Shown: positions 20,538-29,959 of the stretch, piece after piece
How the letters are laid out: the number at the start of each line of letters is the position of its first letter
Numbering within the stretch: the stretch's first letter is position 1
NCBI GenBank assembly: GCA_963846575.1
Contig: CAWJWJ010000001.1
Coordinates: 96,001-160,000, forward strand
Direction of reading: 5' to 3'
Length of the DNA: 64,000 nucleotides
Source: an uncultured Nitrospiraceae bacterium
GTDB lineage: Bacteria > Nitrospirota > Nitrospiria > Nitrospirales > Nitrospiraceae
Translations under genes and position numbers: made by a program
Notes under the pieces: model-generated
Told to the model about the DNA's origin: nothing
The model's input: the letters and a program-made list of their open reading frames with translations, nothing else
Databases searched by the model: none

Positions 20538-21092
20538 TCACGCTTTTTTTGCAACCTTCGTCTTAGGCGTAGGACTCTGCCGGGTCTTTTTCTTTTCCGC
20601 TCCGCCCAACACAATGACCGGTTTCTTCGGAGAAAACGCCTCTTCGATGCGACTTTTCCCGTTCGTGGTGAGGATCACGAGACCCTCGTGGTCCTCGATA
20701 CGTTGCAGGAGATAGGACCGGTCGGCATTCGCATAGCGGTCATGGGCATCATGCACCTGCGTGCGCTTTCCAAACAATTCATCGGCTTCGTCGAAGAACA
20801 GGATCGACCCGTGCCGGTTCGCCATGTCGAACACACGATTCAGGTTCTTCTCCGTTTCGCCGATGTGTTTGCTGACGACCGCCGACAGATCCACGCTGGC
20901 CAGGTCTAGTTGCAGTTCCCCGGCCAACACCTCGGCAGCCTTCTGCCGGCGGAGAGCCGTCGCTCCGGAGAGCACGATGACCGCGCCGGATGGCTGATTC
21001 GCACGGATTGCTTTCGCTCGACGCACCGGCGCGATCTTCTTTTTCTGCACCGCGGATTTCGTTCCTCGCCGACGGACTACTGTACCTGCCAT
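20538..21092 (-). CDS. Truncated AAA+ ATPase domain protein with degenerate Walker A
   Basis: VDLSAVVSKHIGETEKNL, LFFDEADELFGKR, DAHDRYAN, YLLQRIE, LTTN; P-loop position reads SGATALRRQK. Confidence 0.75.
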   Translation of the reverse strand: MAGTVVRRRGTKSAVQKKKIAPVRRAKAIRANQPSGAVIVLSGATALRRQKAAEVLAGELQLDLASVDLSAVVSKHIGETEKNLNRVFDMANRHGSILFFDEADELFGKRTQVHDAHDRYANADRSYLLQRIEDHEGLVILTTNGKSRIEEAFSPKKPVIVLGGAEKKKTRQSPTPKTKVAKKA

Positions 21093-21265
21093 GCCTGCCT
21101 CCCCCTCCGATTCTTCGATTGCCTGATCGTCTGACTCGATCGCCCGCGTTCAGGAGCCCCTTACGATGATCGCGTTCGCGGAGGCCGGAGTATACCTGGT
21201 TCCACATCCGGCTTGTGCACTTCTTCCATCATGGAGGAGAGAAAACTGTTAACGGCGGGGCTGCA

Positions 21266-21838
21266 TCATAAGCGATTCGCTGCCGCTCGGCCTAACTCTT
21301 CGAGGAGCTTGAGCGCATCGGCTCTGCCGCGTTTCGCCAATTGCGTCGACATCAGCGTCAGCTGAAGCCCTTTCCGTTGTGCGAGGAGCATGGCGCTGTC
21401 CGTTAAGAATCCTTTTTTTTCGTCCGCCGTCTCTACAATAGCTCTGGCTTGGTCGCCCACATCCTTGATGATCTCATAACGGACATGCTGGTTCGCTCCC
21501 GCTTTTAACGGATCGAGAAACATGAGCGCCATGCCACGGATTTCTGTTTCGATGGTGTCCTGTTCGCCTTGGTAAACCTGGAGGGAGAACCGGCCGCCGG
21601 AATGATCCCAGAGACAGGAGACGGTACCGTACTCTTCCAGGCTGTGATCGATCGTACCGGACTTCGCGTCGGGAAAGGCGCGACGGACCTCAGCGGCGGT
21701 CAACAGTTTGCAGGGATCCACTGCCGGCGCGCTGCTTTTGATCAGGATGGGTGACGACCCTGCCGGGGCATCAATGGGAAGCGAGAGCGCCCAGACAGTC
21801 ACGGAGACACAGAAAAGGAATCGGATGGTCAATCCCAT
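21266..21838 (-). CDS. Exported hypothetical protein (DPCKLLT motif, DUF3558-like)
   Basis: N-terminal signal peptide; DPCKLLTAAEV; VGDQA. Confidence 0.65.
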   Translation of the reverse strand: MGLTIRFLFCVSVTVWALSLPIDAPAGSSPILIKSSAPAVDPCKLLTAAEVRRAFPDAKSGTIDHSLEEYGTVSCLWDHSGGRFSLQVYQGEQDTIETEIRGMALMFLDPLKAGANQHVRYEIIKDVGDQARAIVETADEKKGFLTDSAMLLAQRKGLQLTLMSTQLAKRGRADALKLLEELGRAAANRL

Positions 21839-21999
21839 GAAATTCCCCTGGGCCGGTTCAGTGACGTGTGTGCCGATTCAATGGAGGCTGTCGTGATCGT
21901 CGCAGCATACCGCGGCCTGTGCTCCCGCCGCGCCCACGTGAAACGCGCAGAGCTCCATCCCGTGACTGCCGAGGGAACAGGGACCCGGCGGCGCGGCGC

Positions 22000-22359
22000 T
22001 CAGGTCTCCATCATTTCCAGACGTGCATCAAACTCGTGGCCGCAAGCGGTACAGCGGATGCAATCCGATTCGACGGTGAGTTCGTCAGCGCGAATGCCCA
22101 TGCCGCCGCAATCGGGGCAGCGGGCCAGATGGATCCGCTCATCATTGACCGTCTCGTACTGCACGCCACGCAGGCAATAGACCGGCTTGCCATCCAGCTG
22201 CCAGGGCTTGCCGGCATTGTCGAGCACCGGCACGCTGATATAGTGATGTTTCACATACTCGTCCAGTGCCTGTCGGGTTGCGAATCCATCCTGAATGAGT
22301 TTGCCGCTGACGGCCTCGTGGAGTGCTAATCCCTTGACGATCGCCTTGGTAGGACCCAT
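22000..22359 (-). CDS. Small protein with C-terminal zinc ribbon
   Basis: CPDC-x16-CTAC; GAGGAGG SD before ATG 22359. Confidence 0.75.
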   Translation of the reverse strand: MGPTKAIVKGLALHEAVSGKLIQDGFATRQALDEYVKHHYISVPVLDNAGKPWQLDGKPVYCLRGVQYETVNDERIHLARCPDCGGMGIRADELTVESDCIRCTACGHEFDARLEMMET

Positions 22360-22527
22360 GCCAGACCTCCTCTTGTGTGGGATGCAGAATAAGCCCCCGG
22401 CATCATGCGCGACTCGCGCATCCCTCGAGTATGTTTCGAACGGGTCCGGTTCACTCCTCGCTCTCACGGGCGGCGGTCTTGACGAGCGCGCCTGTGAGCG
22501 TCCGGTGACGACGCCCGCTCGATGTGG

Positions 22528-23298
22528 CTAGACCACACCCGAGTAATACCGCAGAATGTTGGACACGGAGATCACCCCGATGATCGCCCCGTCTTGAGTC
22601 ACGGCCAGATGCCGGGTGGATTCATCTTTCATCATGCGTACCGCTTCAATGATGGGCCGGTCGCCGGCAATCGCCACGACCGGCCGGCGCATGCAGCCCT
22701 TGACGGCCGTGTCGGCATTCACGCCGTGGGCGACCCCGGAGCGGGCGAGCATCGCGTCGGTGATGAACCCGACGTAGGCCTGCTTGTCCGTCAGGAGGAG
22801 ACATCCCAGTTTGCCCTGCTCCATCAACTGCGCGGCTTCGCGCAAGCTGGCATCCTGAGACAGGCTGCGAACGTCGGACGACATGTGCTCGGCCACCTGC
22901 GGACCGATGAGCGCCTGCCGGCTGGCTTGCGTTTGTTTTGGCTCCGCAGCGCGGCGGGCTTCCAACTCTGCCACGCAGCTCTCCAGCACACGGCTGCGTT
23001 GCAACAGGCGTTGCCGCTGACTCTCCACGCCGGCGCTTTCCGGCGCTTCGTCCGTCATGTTGACCAGTCCGGCGGCTTCGCCGAATTGTGCATATTCATA
23101 GGCGTCCAGCAACTCCGACGTTTCTCCGAGCACATCCGCGATCAGGTCTTCGGTTTCCTGATCGAACTCCTCCAGGGAGCGCTTGGGAATGCCCTTGCCC
23201 AAATAGGGAGCTAACTCGGTCAACTGCTTGCGGAGGCGCTCGATACTTCTGTCGAGAGAGATCCTGGCTCGTTTCGGAGTCGCACGTGTCGTAGACAT
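22528..23298 (-). CDS. CBS-pair domain protein with uncharacterised helical N-terminal domain
   Basis: VAEHMS, VGFITD, VKGCM, RHLAV, IGVISVSNIL; AGGAGG SD. Confidence 0.85.
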   Translation of the reverse strand: MSTTRATPKRARISLDRSIERLRKQLTELAPYLGKGIPKRSLEEFDQETEDLIADVLGETSELLDAYEYAQFGEAAGLVNMTDEAPESAGVESQRQRLLQRSRVLESCVAELEARRAAEPKQTQASRQALIGPQVAEHMSSDVRSLSQDASLREAAQLMEQGKLGCLLLTDKQAYVGFITDAMLARSGVAHGVNADTAVKGCMRRPVVAIAGDRPIIEAVRMMKDESTRHLAVTQDGAIIGVISVSNILRYYSGVV

Positions 23299-23423
23299 GG
23301 CACCTCCTGTCTGTGGCGCGGGGGCGGGATGGCCGATCTTACCCCTCTCGATCACACGAGGCAAGCGCTCGGTTCAGGGATTCGCGCTCTTGACCTCTCC
23401 GACGAGCGGGAGCATGCTGTCGA

Positions 23424-24494
23424 ATGATGCCGCATGTCATCCCACGGCCTGCTCCGGACCGGCACCATTCGGACGCCAGCGACAGAATGAGACCATTCCG
23501 GTCCCTTGCCCCCAGGTCGATCAGCTATCGAGTCGGTCTGATGCCGGGGTTGTTCCTCGCGGTGCTGTTTTGCCTCGGACAACCGACCCTGGCACTCTCC
23601 GACCCGGCCGCTGCGCCCGAGGGTGCTGCGACCAACAGGCTCTCCGGACAAGAATTGCTCCGCATCGGTGAGATCCACGACCATCAACATCATTTCCTCG
23701 AAACCTTGACGTATTACCAACTGGCCCTCTCGAGGTTCCGGGAGAAGCGGGAGCCGCCGGGCATCGCCGCCGCCCTGGTGAAAATTGCACGGGTGTATGA
23801 GCGCCAGGGAAAACTTCAGGAGGCCTATGCCTCCCTGCAGGAAGCCGTCTCCATCCTGGATCGATCGCCCGACCGCGCGGCCCATGCAGGGGCGCTCCTC
23901 GTCATGGGGCGCGTCGCATCCCGTCTGGGACAACGCGGCGAGGCGCGTGACTCGTTCTCCCGGGCCGTCGCCGGATTCAAGGCCGTCAAAAATTCACGGG
24001 GATGGAATGAGGCGCTTGGCCAGTTGGGGATGCTGGAGATTGATGAGGGAAGGGCCGAGGCCGGGCTGGCGCTCCTGCAACAAGCACAACAGGACGCCCG
24101 CACGCGCCAGGATGCGGAGCAGCGACTCATCGCGATTCTCGCACTGGGCGATGCCCACTGGCTCCTGGGTCGAATGACCGATGCCCGCATACACTATAGC
24201 GATGGCCTGCAGCTCGCGCAGGCGGAACATCTCTTGCCGTTCGAAGCGAGACTCCGGCTTCGTCTCGCGCAACTCGACAACGAGGAAGGGCAGTTGAACG
24301 ATGGCATCGTGTTGGGAAAGCGGGCGCTGATCCTCTCACAAACCTTGCGGGATCCTGTCACCGAAGCCGCGGCCTGGTCGCTCCTGGCCGACCTGTATCG
24401 AAAGACGGAACGGGAGTACGAGGCTGAGGAAGCCGACAAGCGCGCCTTGGCCATTTATCGAAGCCGGGAGATGTTCGTGCACGGAATCCGCTAA
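23424..24494 (+). CDS. Exported tetratricopeptide-repeat protein
   Basis: Hydrophobic signal and repeated TPR helices; true start probably 23487 or 23540. Confidence 0.75.
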   Translation: MMPHVIPRPAPDRHHSDASDRMRPFRSLAPRSISYRVGLMPGLFLAVLFCLGQPTLALSDPAAAPEGAATNRLSGQELLRIGEIHDHQHHFLETLTYYQLALSRFREKREPPGIAAALVKIARVYERQGKLQEAYASLQEAVSILDRSPDRAAHAGALLVMGRVASRLGQRGEARDSFSRAVAGFKAVKNSRGWNEALGQLGMLEIDEGRAEAGLALLQQAQQDARTRQDAEQRLIAILALGDAHWLLGRMTDARIHYSDGLQLAQAEHLLPFEARLRLRLAQLDNEEGQLNDGIVLGKRALILSQTLRDPVTEAAAWSLLADLYRKTEREYEAEEADKRALAIYRSREMFVHGIR

Positions 24495-24565
24495 GGGGTT
24501 GGTTGAACAGCTCCCTGCCGCACGTTCCGCAACCGGCCCTTCCTGAACGACAGAGCTCCCGGCGT

Positions 24566-25807
24566 CTAACCAGCCGCTTTCGTTGCCCGCCCGGCAACGG
24601 CCATCGCCACCAGCAACAAGAGGGTCGAGAGCAGATAGGGTGCGCCCGGGAGATGCCAATCGGCCTGCGGCCCGATAAAGGCGGCAAAGGTTTGGGTGAA
24701 CAGACTCGGACCGATCAGGCCGGCGATACCGGTGAGGCTCGCAATCGCGCCCTGCAGCTGTCCCTGTTCGGACGAACTCACACGGCGCGTCATGAAGACC
24801 TGCGCGGAGGGACCGGCCAGCCCCCAGAAGGCCGTGATCGGAATGCCGAGGCAATAGAGGGTCGGGGTTGGCGCAAGACCATAAATGGCAAGGCCGGTCG
24901 CGCCGCAGAAGTAACCGGTGAGCATGGTGCGGCGCTCCCCCAATCGCGCGGTGATCGGCTTCACCAGCGTCCCTTGAACGATCATCGCACAGACTCCGAC
25001 CGCCGCGAGCGTAAAGCCGACAGCCGACGGTCCCCAGCCATACCGATACCCTAAGTACAACACAGCGACGCTCGGCAGCACGACATGCGCCAGATTCATG
25101 AGAAAGTTGGCCGCCGCAAGCCCGAAGAGTTCAGGATGGGAGCGCAGGAGCACGAGCGATCCGATCGGGTTGGCCCGTCGCCATCTGAATGGCGCGCGTC
25201 TCGCGAGCGGGAGCGATTCCGGCAGCACGAAATATCCGTAACAGGCGTTGAGCAGGCTGGTCGCCGCCGCGCCCCAAAAGGGCCAGCGTGGATCGATCGC
25301 ACCCAGCAATCCGCCCACTGCCGGCCCCAGGATAAACCCCAGCCCGAAGGCTGCCCCCATCATGCCGAATGCCCCGGCTCGTTTTTCCAGCGGGGTGACG
25401 TCCGCGATGTAGGCGCCAGCCGTACTGAAACTCGACGAAGCCATTCCGGAAATGACACGGCCCGCAAAGAGCCAGGCCAGGTTAGGAGCCAGGGCCATGA
25501 GGATGAAGTCGAGTCCCAGGCCGAGATTGGAGAGAAGCACCACAGGCCGTCGACCGAACCGGTCGGACAGCGCGCCCTGAACGGGCGAACAGATAAGTTG
25601 CATCAACGCCCATGACGTGCCCATGAGGCCGTAAATCTCCGCCGCCTGGGACGTGTCGCCGCCCATGAAATCCTCGACGAGCCTGGGCAGGACAGGAATG
25701 ATGATCCCGAAAGACAACATGTCGAGCACGACGGTGACGAGGATAAAGAAGACCGCCGCCTGGCGCGGATGAGCTGAAGGGGGAGACTGGCTCATGGGGT
25801 GGGTCAT
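24566..25807 (-). CDS. TetA-like (DHA1) MFS efflux transporter
   Basis: LDMLSFGIIIPVLP, GALSDRFGRRPV, AYIADVT, GFILGPAVGG, EQGQLQGA. Confidence 0.9.
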   Translation of the reverse strand: MTHPMSQSPPSAHPRQAAVFFILVTVVLDMLSFGIIIPVLPRLVEDFMGGDTSQAAEIYGLMGTSWALMQLICSPVQGALSDRFGRRPVVLLSNLGLGLDFILMALAPNLAWLFAGRVISGMASSSFSTAGAYIADVTPLEKRAGAFGMMGAAFGLGFILGPAVGGLLGAIDPRWPFWGAAATSLLNACYGYFVLPESLPLARRAPFRWRRANPIGSLVLLRSHPELFGLAAANFLMNLAHVVLPSVAVLYLGYRYGWGPSAVGFTLAAVGVCAMIVQGTLVKPITARLGERRTMLTGYFCGATGLAIYGLAPTPTLYCLGIPITAFWGLAGPSAQVFMTRRVSSSEQGQLQGAIASLTGIAGLIGPSLFTQTFAAFIGPQADWHLPGAPYLLSTLLLLVAMAVAGRATKAAG

Positions 25808-25903
25808 CCTAACAGGCTCACAAGCCGGGCGTATAGCATCGCGCCACGCAGGGAGGTGGGACTTCGGCCCATTTCCTGGAAGGATTTCTGCTACGATCCC
25901 TCG

Positions 25904-26818
25904 ATGCCGGCCGGCCTGTATCTTTTCATCGGCGTCTTCGTCATCGGCGCAATCTGTCGTGCCAGCGGATGGCTCGGAAAACTCCACGCCGAGCGTCTCG
26001 CTGCTGTCGTATTCTCAGTCAGTCTTCCCGCGACCATCCTTGTCTCACTGGACGGCATCGTCTTCTCGACCACCGCCTGGAAGATGCCACTGGCTGCCTG
26101 CGCCGTGACCAGCACGATGTTGCTCTGTTCCTGGGGGCTCGCCCGCCTGCTCCGGTTGCCCCGAGCGACGCGGGGCGGATTCCTGATCGCCACCGGCTGC
26201 ATCAACTCGGTGTACTTTGCTTATCCCGTCGTCCTGGCCATGCTTGGCGACGAGGGCCTGGCTCAGGCCATTCTTTTCGATCTCGGGCAAACCACCCTGA
26301 CCCTGACGCTGCTCTACGGCCTGGCGCTCTGGTATGGAGCAAGGGCCGCGACCCCTCGGTCGATCAGCATGCGGTTCCTGTCGTCTCCTCCGGTCTGGGC
26401 TCTGGGCATCAGCCTCGCGCTGACCGGCGCCGGCCTCCATCTTCCCGCATGGCTGCGCGAAGGACTCATCCCCATCCATCTCACCACCACCCCTCTGGCG
26501 AGTCTCGTCCTGGGTCTATCGATCAGTTTCTCGGTCCTGCGCCGCACGCTGACGCTCTCCCTCATGGGCGTGGGACTACGTATGGGAGGCGGGCTGCTTC
26601 TCGGCTGTGCGGTGGCCTGGCTGTTGAATCTCGGTGGAATGGAGCGGGCGATCGTGATTCTAGTCGCTGCCATGCCATCGGCCGTCACTGCCCTGATTTT
26701 CGCCTCGGAAACCGGACTCGACGAAGACCTCGTGACGTCGATCGTCGCGTTGTCCATTTGTCTTGGCGTGGCCCTGCTTCCCTGGCTTCCCAGGCTGACC
26801 CTGCTCCTTCTTGAATGA
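25904..26818 (+). CDS. AEC (auxin efflux carrier)-family transporter
   Basis: SLPATI, NSVYFAYPVV, PLASLVLG, AAMPSAV; ~10 TM. Confidence 0.85.
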   Translation: MPAGLYLFIGVFVIGAICRASGWLGKLHAERLAAVVFSVSLPATILVSLDGIVFSTTAWKMPLAACAVTSTMLLCSWGLARLLRLPRATRGGFLIATGCINSVYFAYPVVLAMLGDEGLAQAILFDLGQTTLTLTLLYGLALWYGARAATPRSISMRFLSSPPVWALGISLALTGAGLHLPAWLREGLIPIHLTTTPLASLVLGLSISFSVLRRTLTLSLMGVGLRMGGGLLLGCAVAWLLNLGGMERAIVILVAAMPSAVTALIFASETGLDEDLVTSIVALSICLGVALLPWLPRLTLLLLE

Positions 26819-26951
26819 CCGTCCCACGACGCGGCTCCACCCGCAGCCGGTTCGCACAACAGAGAGGCGAATCCGTTATAGTAGGACTGGCTGAGCGTGA
26901 CTGTTTCTGGGCATCAACCAATCCGAGCGCCACTTTCGTCAGGAGGGACGC

Positions 26952-27320
26952 ATGTCAGACCCGCGCATCTTCTTCGCCGCCGAACGCACCTTACTCGCTT
27001 GGGTCCGGTCCGGCCTCACGGTCATGGCCCTCGGGTTCGTGGTGGCCAGGTCCGGATTGATCCTGACCCTGCTGTCCCGTTCCGGCTCCCCCTCCACCGG
27101 CCCCTCAAATACGGACCGATGGGCCGACGCATTGGGCATCGCACTCATGGTCATCGGCGCAATCGCCGTGCTGGGTGCATGGCACAATCATCAGCGATTC
27201 GTCCTATCCCTTTCCCCGGCGGACCGTCCCGATCTGGGGCTTGCCTGGCTGACCTCATTCCTGGCGCTATCAGTGGGACTCGCGGGAATACTCCTGGCTG
27301 TCTTTCTTGCCCTCGGATAA
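26952..27320 (+). CDS. YidH/DUF202 membrane protein
   Basis: DPRIFFAAERTLLAWVRSGL motif; AGGAGG SD. Confidence 0.88.
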   Translation: MSDPRIFFAAERTLLAWVRSGLTVMALGFVVARSGLILTLLSRSGSPSTGPSNTDRWADALGIALMVIGAIAVLGAWHNHQRFVLSLSPADRPDLGLAWLTSFLALSVGLAGILLAVFLALG

Positions 27321-27407
27321 CTGGATCTTCACTGGAGATCCGCCCTCCGCCCACAAGTGTGGGACCTGCATCACGCCCTGTGAGTTTTTTGCGACGGGGC
27401 GAATTTG

Positions 27408-27436
27408 CCTAGTGGGTTCTCCTAGTGGGTTCTCCT
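27408..27436. repeat. Tandem 13-bp duplication CCTAGTGGGTTCT x2 (+CCT)
   Basis: Read directly from the sequence. Confidence 0.85.
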
Positions 27437-27523
27437 GATCAGGAATGAGTAATTCGCTCTCCATCACCCGCCCGGAGCGCCATCTTTCGAGCAACCGCTC
27501 CCTTTCGTCGATGAGGTGAGGTT

Positions 27524-27539
27524 TGGTATGACGCTTGCT
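27524..27539 (+). promoter_or_regulatory. Putative sigma54 promoter TGGTAT-N5-TTGCT
   Basis: GG (27525-26) N10 GC (27537-38), ~40 bp upstream of a strong-SD small ORF. Confidence 0.55.
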
Positions 27540-27580
27540 TCTTATCGCCACGGAGCAGCGTACAGAAAGGAGACCTTGCC

Positions 27581-27715
27581 ATGCACGATCCCACACTCTG
27601 GGCGATCTGGTACCTCTGGTTATTAATACCCCCGGCACTGATTGTCGGTACCCTCATTCATGAGCGCCTTCAACGGCGCCGACCGGCACGCTCGCGACGC
27701 GAGCGGAGACCATGA
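27581..27715 (+). CDS. 44-aa single-pass membrane microprotein (below the ORF-track cutoff)
   Basis: AAAGGAG 8 nt before ATG; MHDPTLWAIWYLWLLIPPALIVGTLIH followed by an Arg-rich tail. Confidence 0.65.
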   Translation: MHDPTLWAIWYLWLLIPPALIVGTLIHERLQRRRPARSRRERRP

Positions 27716-28348
27716 GTCGGACAGCTGTCGTAAGCCAACGGAGCAATAAGAGCATTCCGTCCTGAAAGCGAAACAGACCCCAGCCACTGACCTGATGACA
27801 CCCTCTCCCCCTCGTACACATTTCCATCTATCCCACCCACTCTGACAACAGACTGAAGACTCTCTCCGGGCGTCGGGATTTTAGCCACCGCACTAAAGCC
27901 ATGGGCTTCTTCAATTGCGCCTACGACCCGAAGCTCCAGCTATCGGATCACGCCTGATCCGTCGCCTATCACATACCCTTCCGCCCGGGCAGAACCCCGG
28001 CCCCGGCCATAACCTGTTTTACATCCATCTCACCCAAGGCCCGCCTGAGTCGGTTCGTGGACGAGTCCAGCGAACAGTCCGTCGCCCCAAAGAACCGGGA
28101 AGACGGCAGAGGGTGTCTCCCTTAACACAACATGACGACCAGTTGTCCGGCTGGAGGATTGTTGCCACCACCTCTCTCCTGCATGACAAGATTTGGATCC
28201 TGGATATACTTGTCCAATGGATGTGGGAATCTCGAAGTCAGCCGGCTCGGGTTGTGACATTGATGCAGGCCGGACCGGAATCAGCACACACCGGAAGCAC
28301 CTTTTTGCGTACCCTCGGCTGCGCCTTCTACAGGCGCTGTCCAAGTTA

Positions 28349-29593
28349 ATGGTAGCCACAGGGATACTGCTGTATATCACTGCCTGCGCCCGCCCGCCGC
28401 TCATTGAAAATGCCGCACTCAATCAGGAACGCATCTACGAGGTAATCGAAAGAGCCAGTGCCGCCTCGAGGATGCAGGTCATTCATCCGTTGTCAGTCAA
28501 ACTCATCAGTCGAACCGAAATCAGAAAGCTCCTTCACGAGGCAGAAACCAGCGAGGCCCGGTCCGACACCTGGGCCGCAAGCGCGGCCGGGCAGACCGCC
28601 ATGGGGTTGGCCCCCGAATCCAATCCGGTTCTCGACGCACATATCGCGCTCCTCTCAAGGGCGGCCGAGGGGTTCTACGTTCCTGAGAGTAAAACCCTCT
28701 TCATGGTGGGTGAGCGAGCAAGGTCAGCCTCGGGCGGTATCTATCTCAACTCGCTTGGCAACCTCGGGAGGGAAGTCACGTTGGCGCACGAGGTCATCCA
28801 TGCGCTGCAACATCAGCACTATCCAGCCCTTTTCGAACGCGATGAAACCCAGTGGGCGAAGCAGACCGATGCCGCGCTGGCCCTGCAAGCAGCGAAAGAG
28901 GGAGATGCGACGCTCTGGGCCGCCCAATCGGCCGGGTTGCTGGGAACAGCCAAGGATCCGGAGGATGTCATCGAAGAATCGCGTGATGCGGTCGGTCCCC
29001 TCGCCGATACATCGGCTCTGGTTCGAGAATTACTGCTCTTTCCCTATACCTATGGATACCGGTTTGCCCACCACGAAGGGGCAGCCGGGTTACAGTCGCC
29101 GCCTGCATCGACCGAACAAATCATCCACGCGGAAAGCCGCAGGCGAGACTTTCAGGCCATCGATGTTGCTGCGTTTACGCGATCTGTCGAAACGGAAGGA
29201 TGCCGCCCGCTCTATCAGGATACGATGGGAGAACTGACTCTCTCGTGGTGGCTTCGCAATCTCGACTCGACTGTGACACAAGAGGTGTGGGACGGATGGG
29301 ATGGCGATCGATGGATGGCCATGCAATGCGGGACTGGACGTGAGATCGCCTGGCTCACGAGTTGGGACAAGGAAAAGGATGCGGTAGAATTCGAGCAAGC
29401 GATTTCTGCCATGACGGGCATTCTTCAGACCCGCGCCCATCTGCAATCTCTGGTGGTCAATCGCCGAGGGCGGGAGGTCGTCCTCGCCAGCGGCGCATTG
29501 GGATCCAAGGTCGAGGACCTGAGACGTCTTGCGTCACGAGCACGCGTCACGACCCGCGGCGAACTCGCGGCGCATTTTGCGAGCCGTAAGTAA
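28349..29593 (+). CDS. Lipoprotein with HExxH zinc-metallopeptidase-like motif
   Basis: ITAC lipobox; GFY; LAHEVIHALQ; downstream EGDA; FPYTYG; STEQI; GWDGD. Confidence 0.7.
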   Translation: MVATGILLYITACARPPLIENAALNQERIYEVIERASAASRMQVIHPLSVKLISRTEIRKLLHEAETSEARSDTWAASAAGQTAMGLAPESNPVLDAHIALLSRAAEGFYVPESKTLFMVGERARSASGGIYLNSLGNLGREVTLAHEVIHALQHQHYPALFERDETQWAKQTDAALALQAAKEGDATLWAAQSAGLLGTAKDPEDVIEESRDAVGPLADTSALVRELLLFPYTYGYRFAHHEGAAGLQSPPASTEQIIHAESRRRDFQAIDVAAFTRSVETEGCRPLYQDTMGELTLSWWLRNLDSTVTQEVWDGWDGDRWMAMQCGTGREIAWLTSWDKEKDAVEFEQAISAMTGILQTRAHLQSLVVNRRGREVVLASGALGSKVEDLRRLASRARVTTRGELAAHFASRK

Positions 29594-29959
29594 AACCTAC
29601 TGTGGGCAGTGACATGCAGAACCGCTTGCGGATCGCCTCCCTTCGTGAAGCTGTTTCAGGTGACGGCTCGAACCTCTGCCTCACCAGCTAACCCCATTAT
29701 CCGTACTTGCCTACCGTTCCCCCCCCCGTTCTATCGCTCCCTTAGCCCCTGATCTGATGAAAATACCGACTCTTCCTAATCGCTAACACATTGAACTACT
29801 GGCACTTCCCACCACACTCGTAATCTTCCAGTCGAGAACTTCAGCCTTTACGAGTACCGAAGGACCCGTCTGAAGCTTAAGAAGTAGGCAGATGCTGCGA
29901 CCTCCGCAGGGGGAGAGGCCGACAGCCGTCATCTGAGCAGGAAGGTGGGATCATCCGTG

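Noticed and set aside
20111..21092. GIY-YIG + AAA as a defence or homing system
   Set aside because: Genes are convergent, the nuclease is the common short YazA type, and the ATPase is degenerate
24566..25807. Acquired tetracycline resistance gene
   Set aside because: Generic DHA1 transporter; no tetR or mobile context
29754..29790. CTGATGA as a hammerhead ribozyme core
   Set aside because: No stem II followed by GAAA, and no flanking helices
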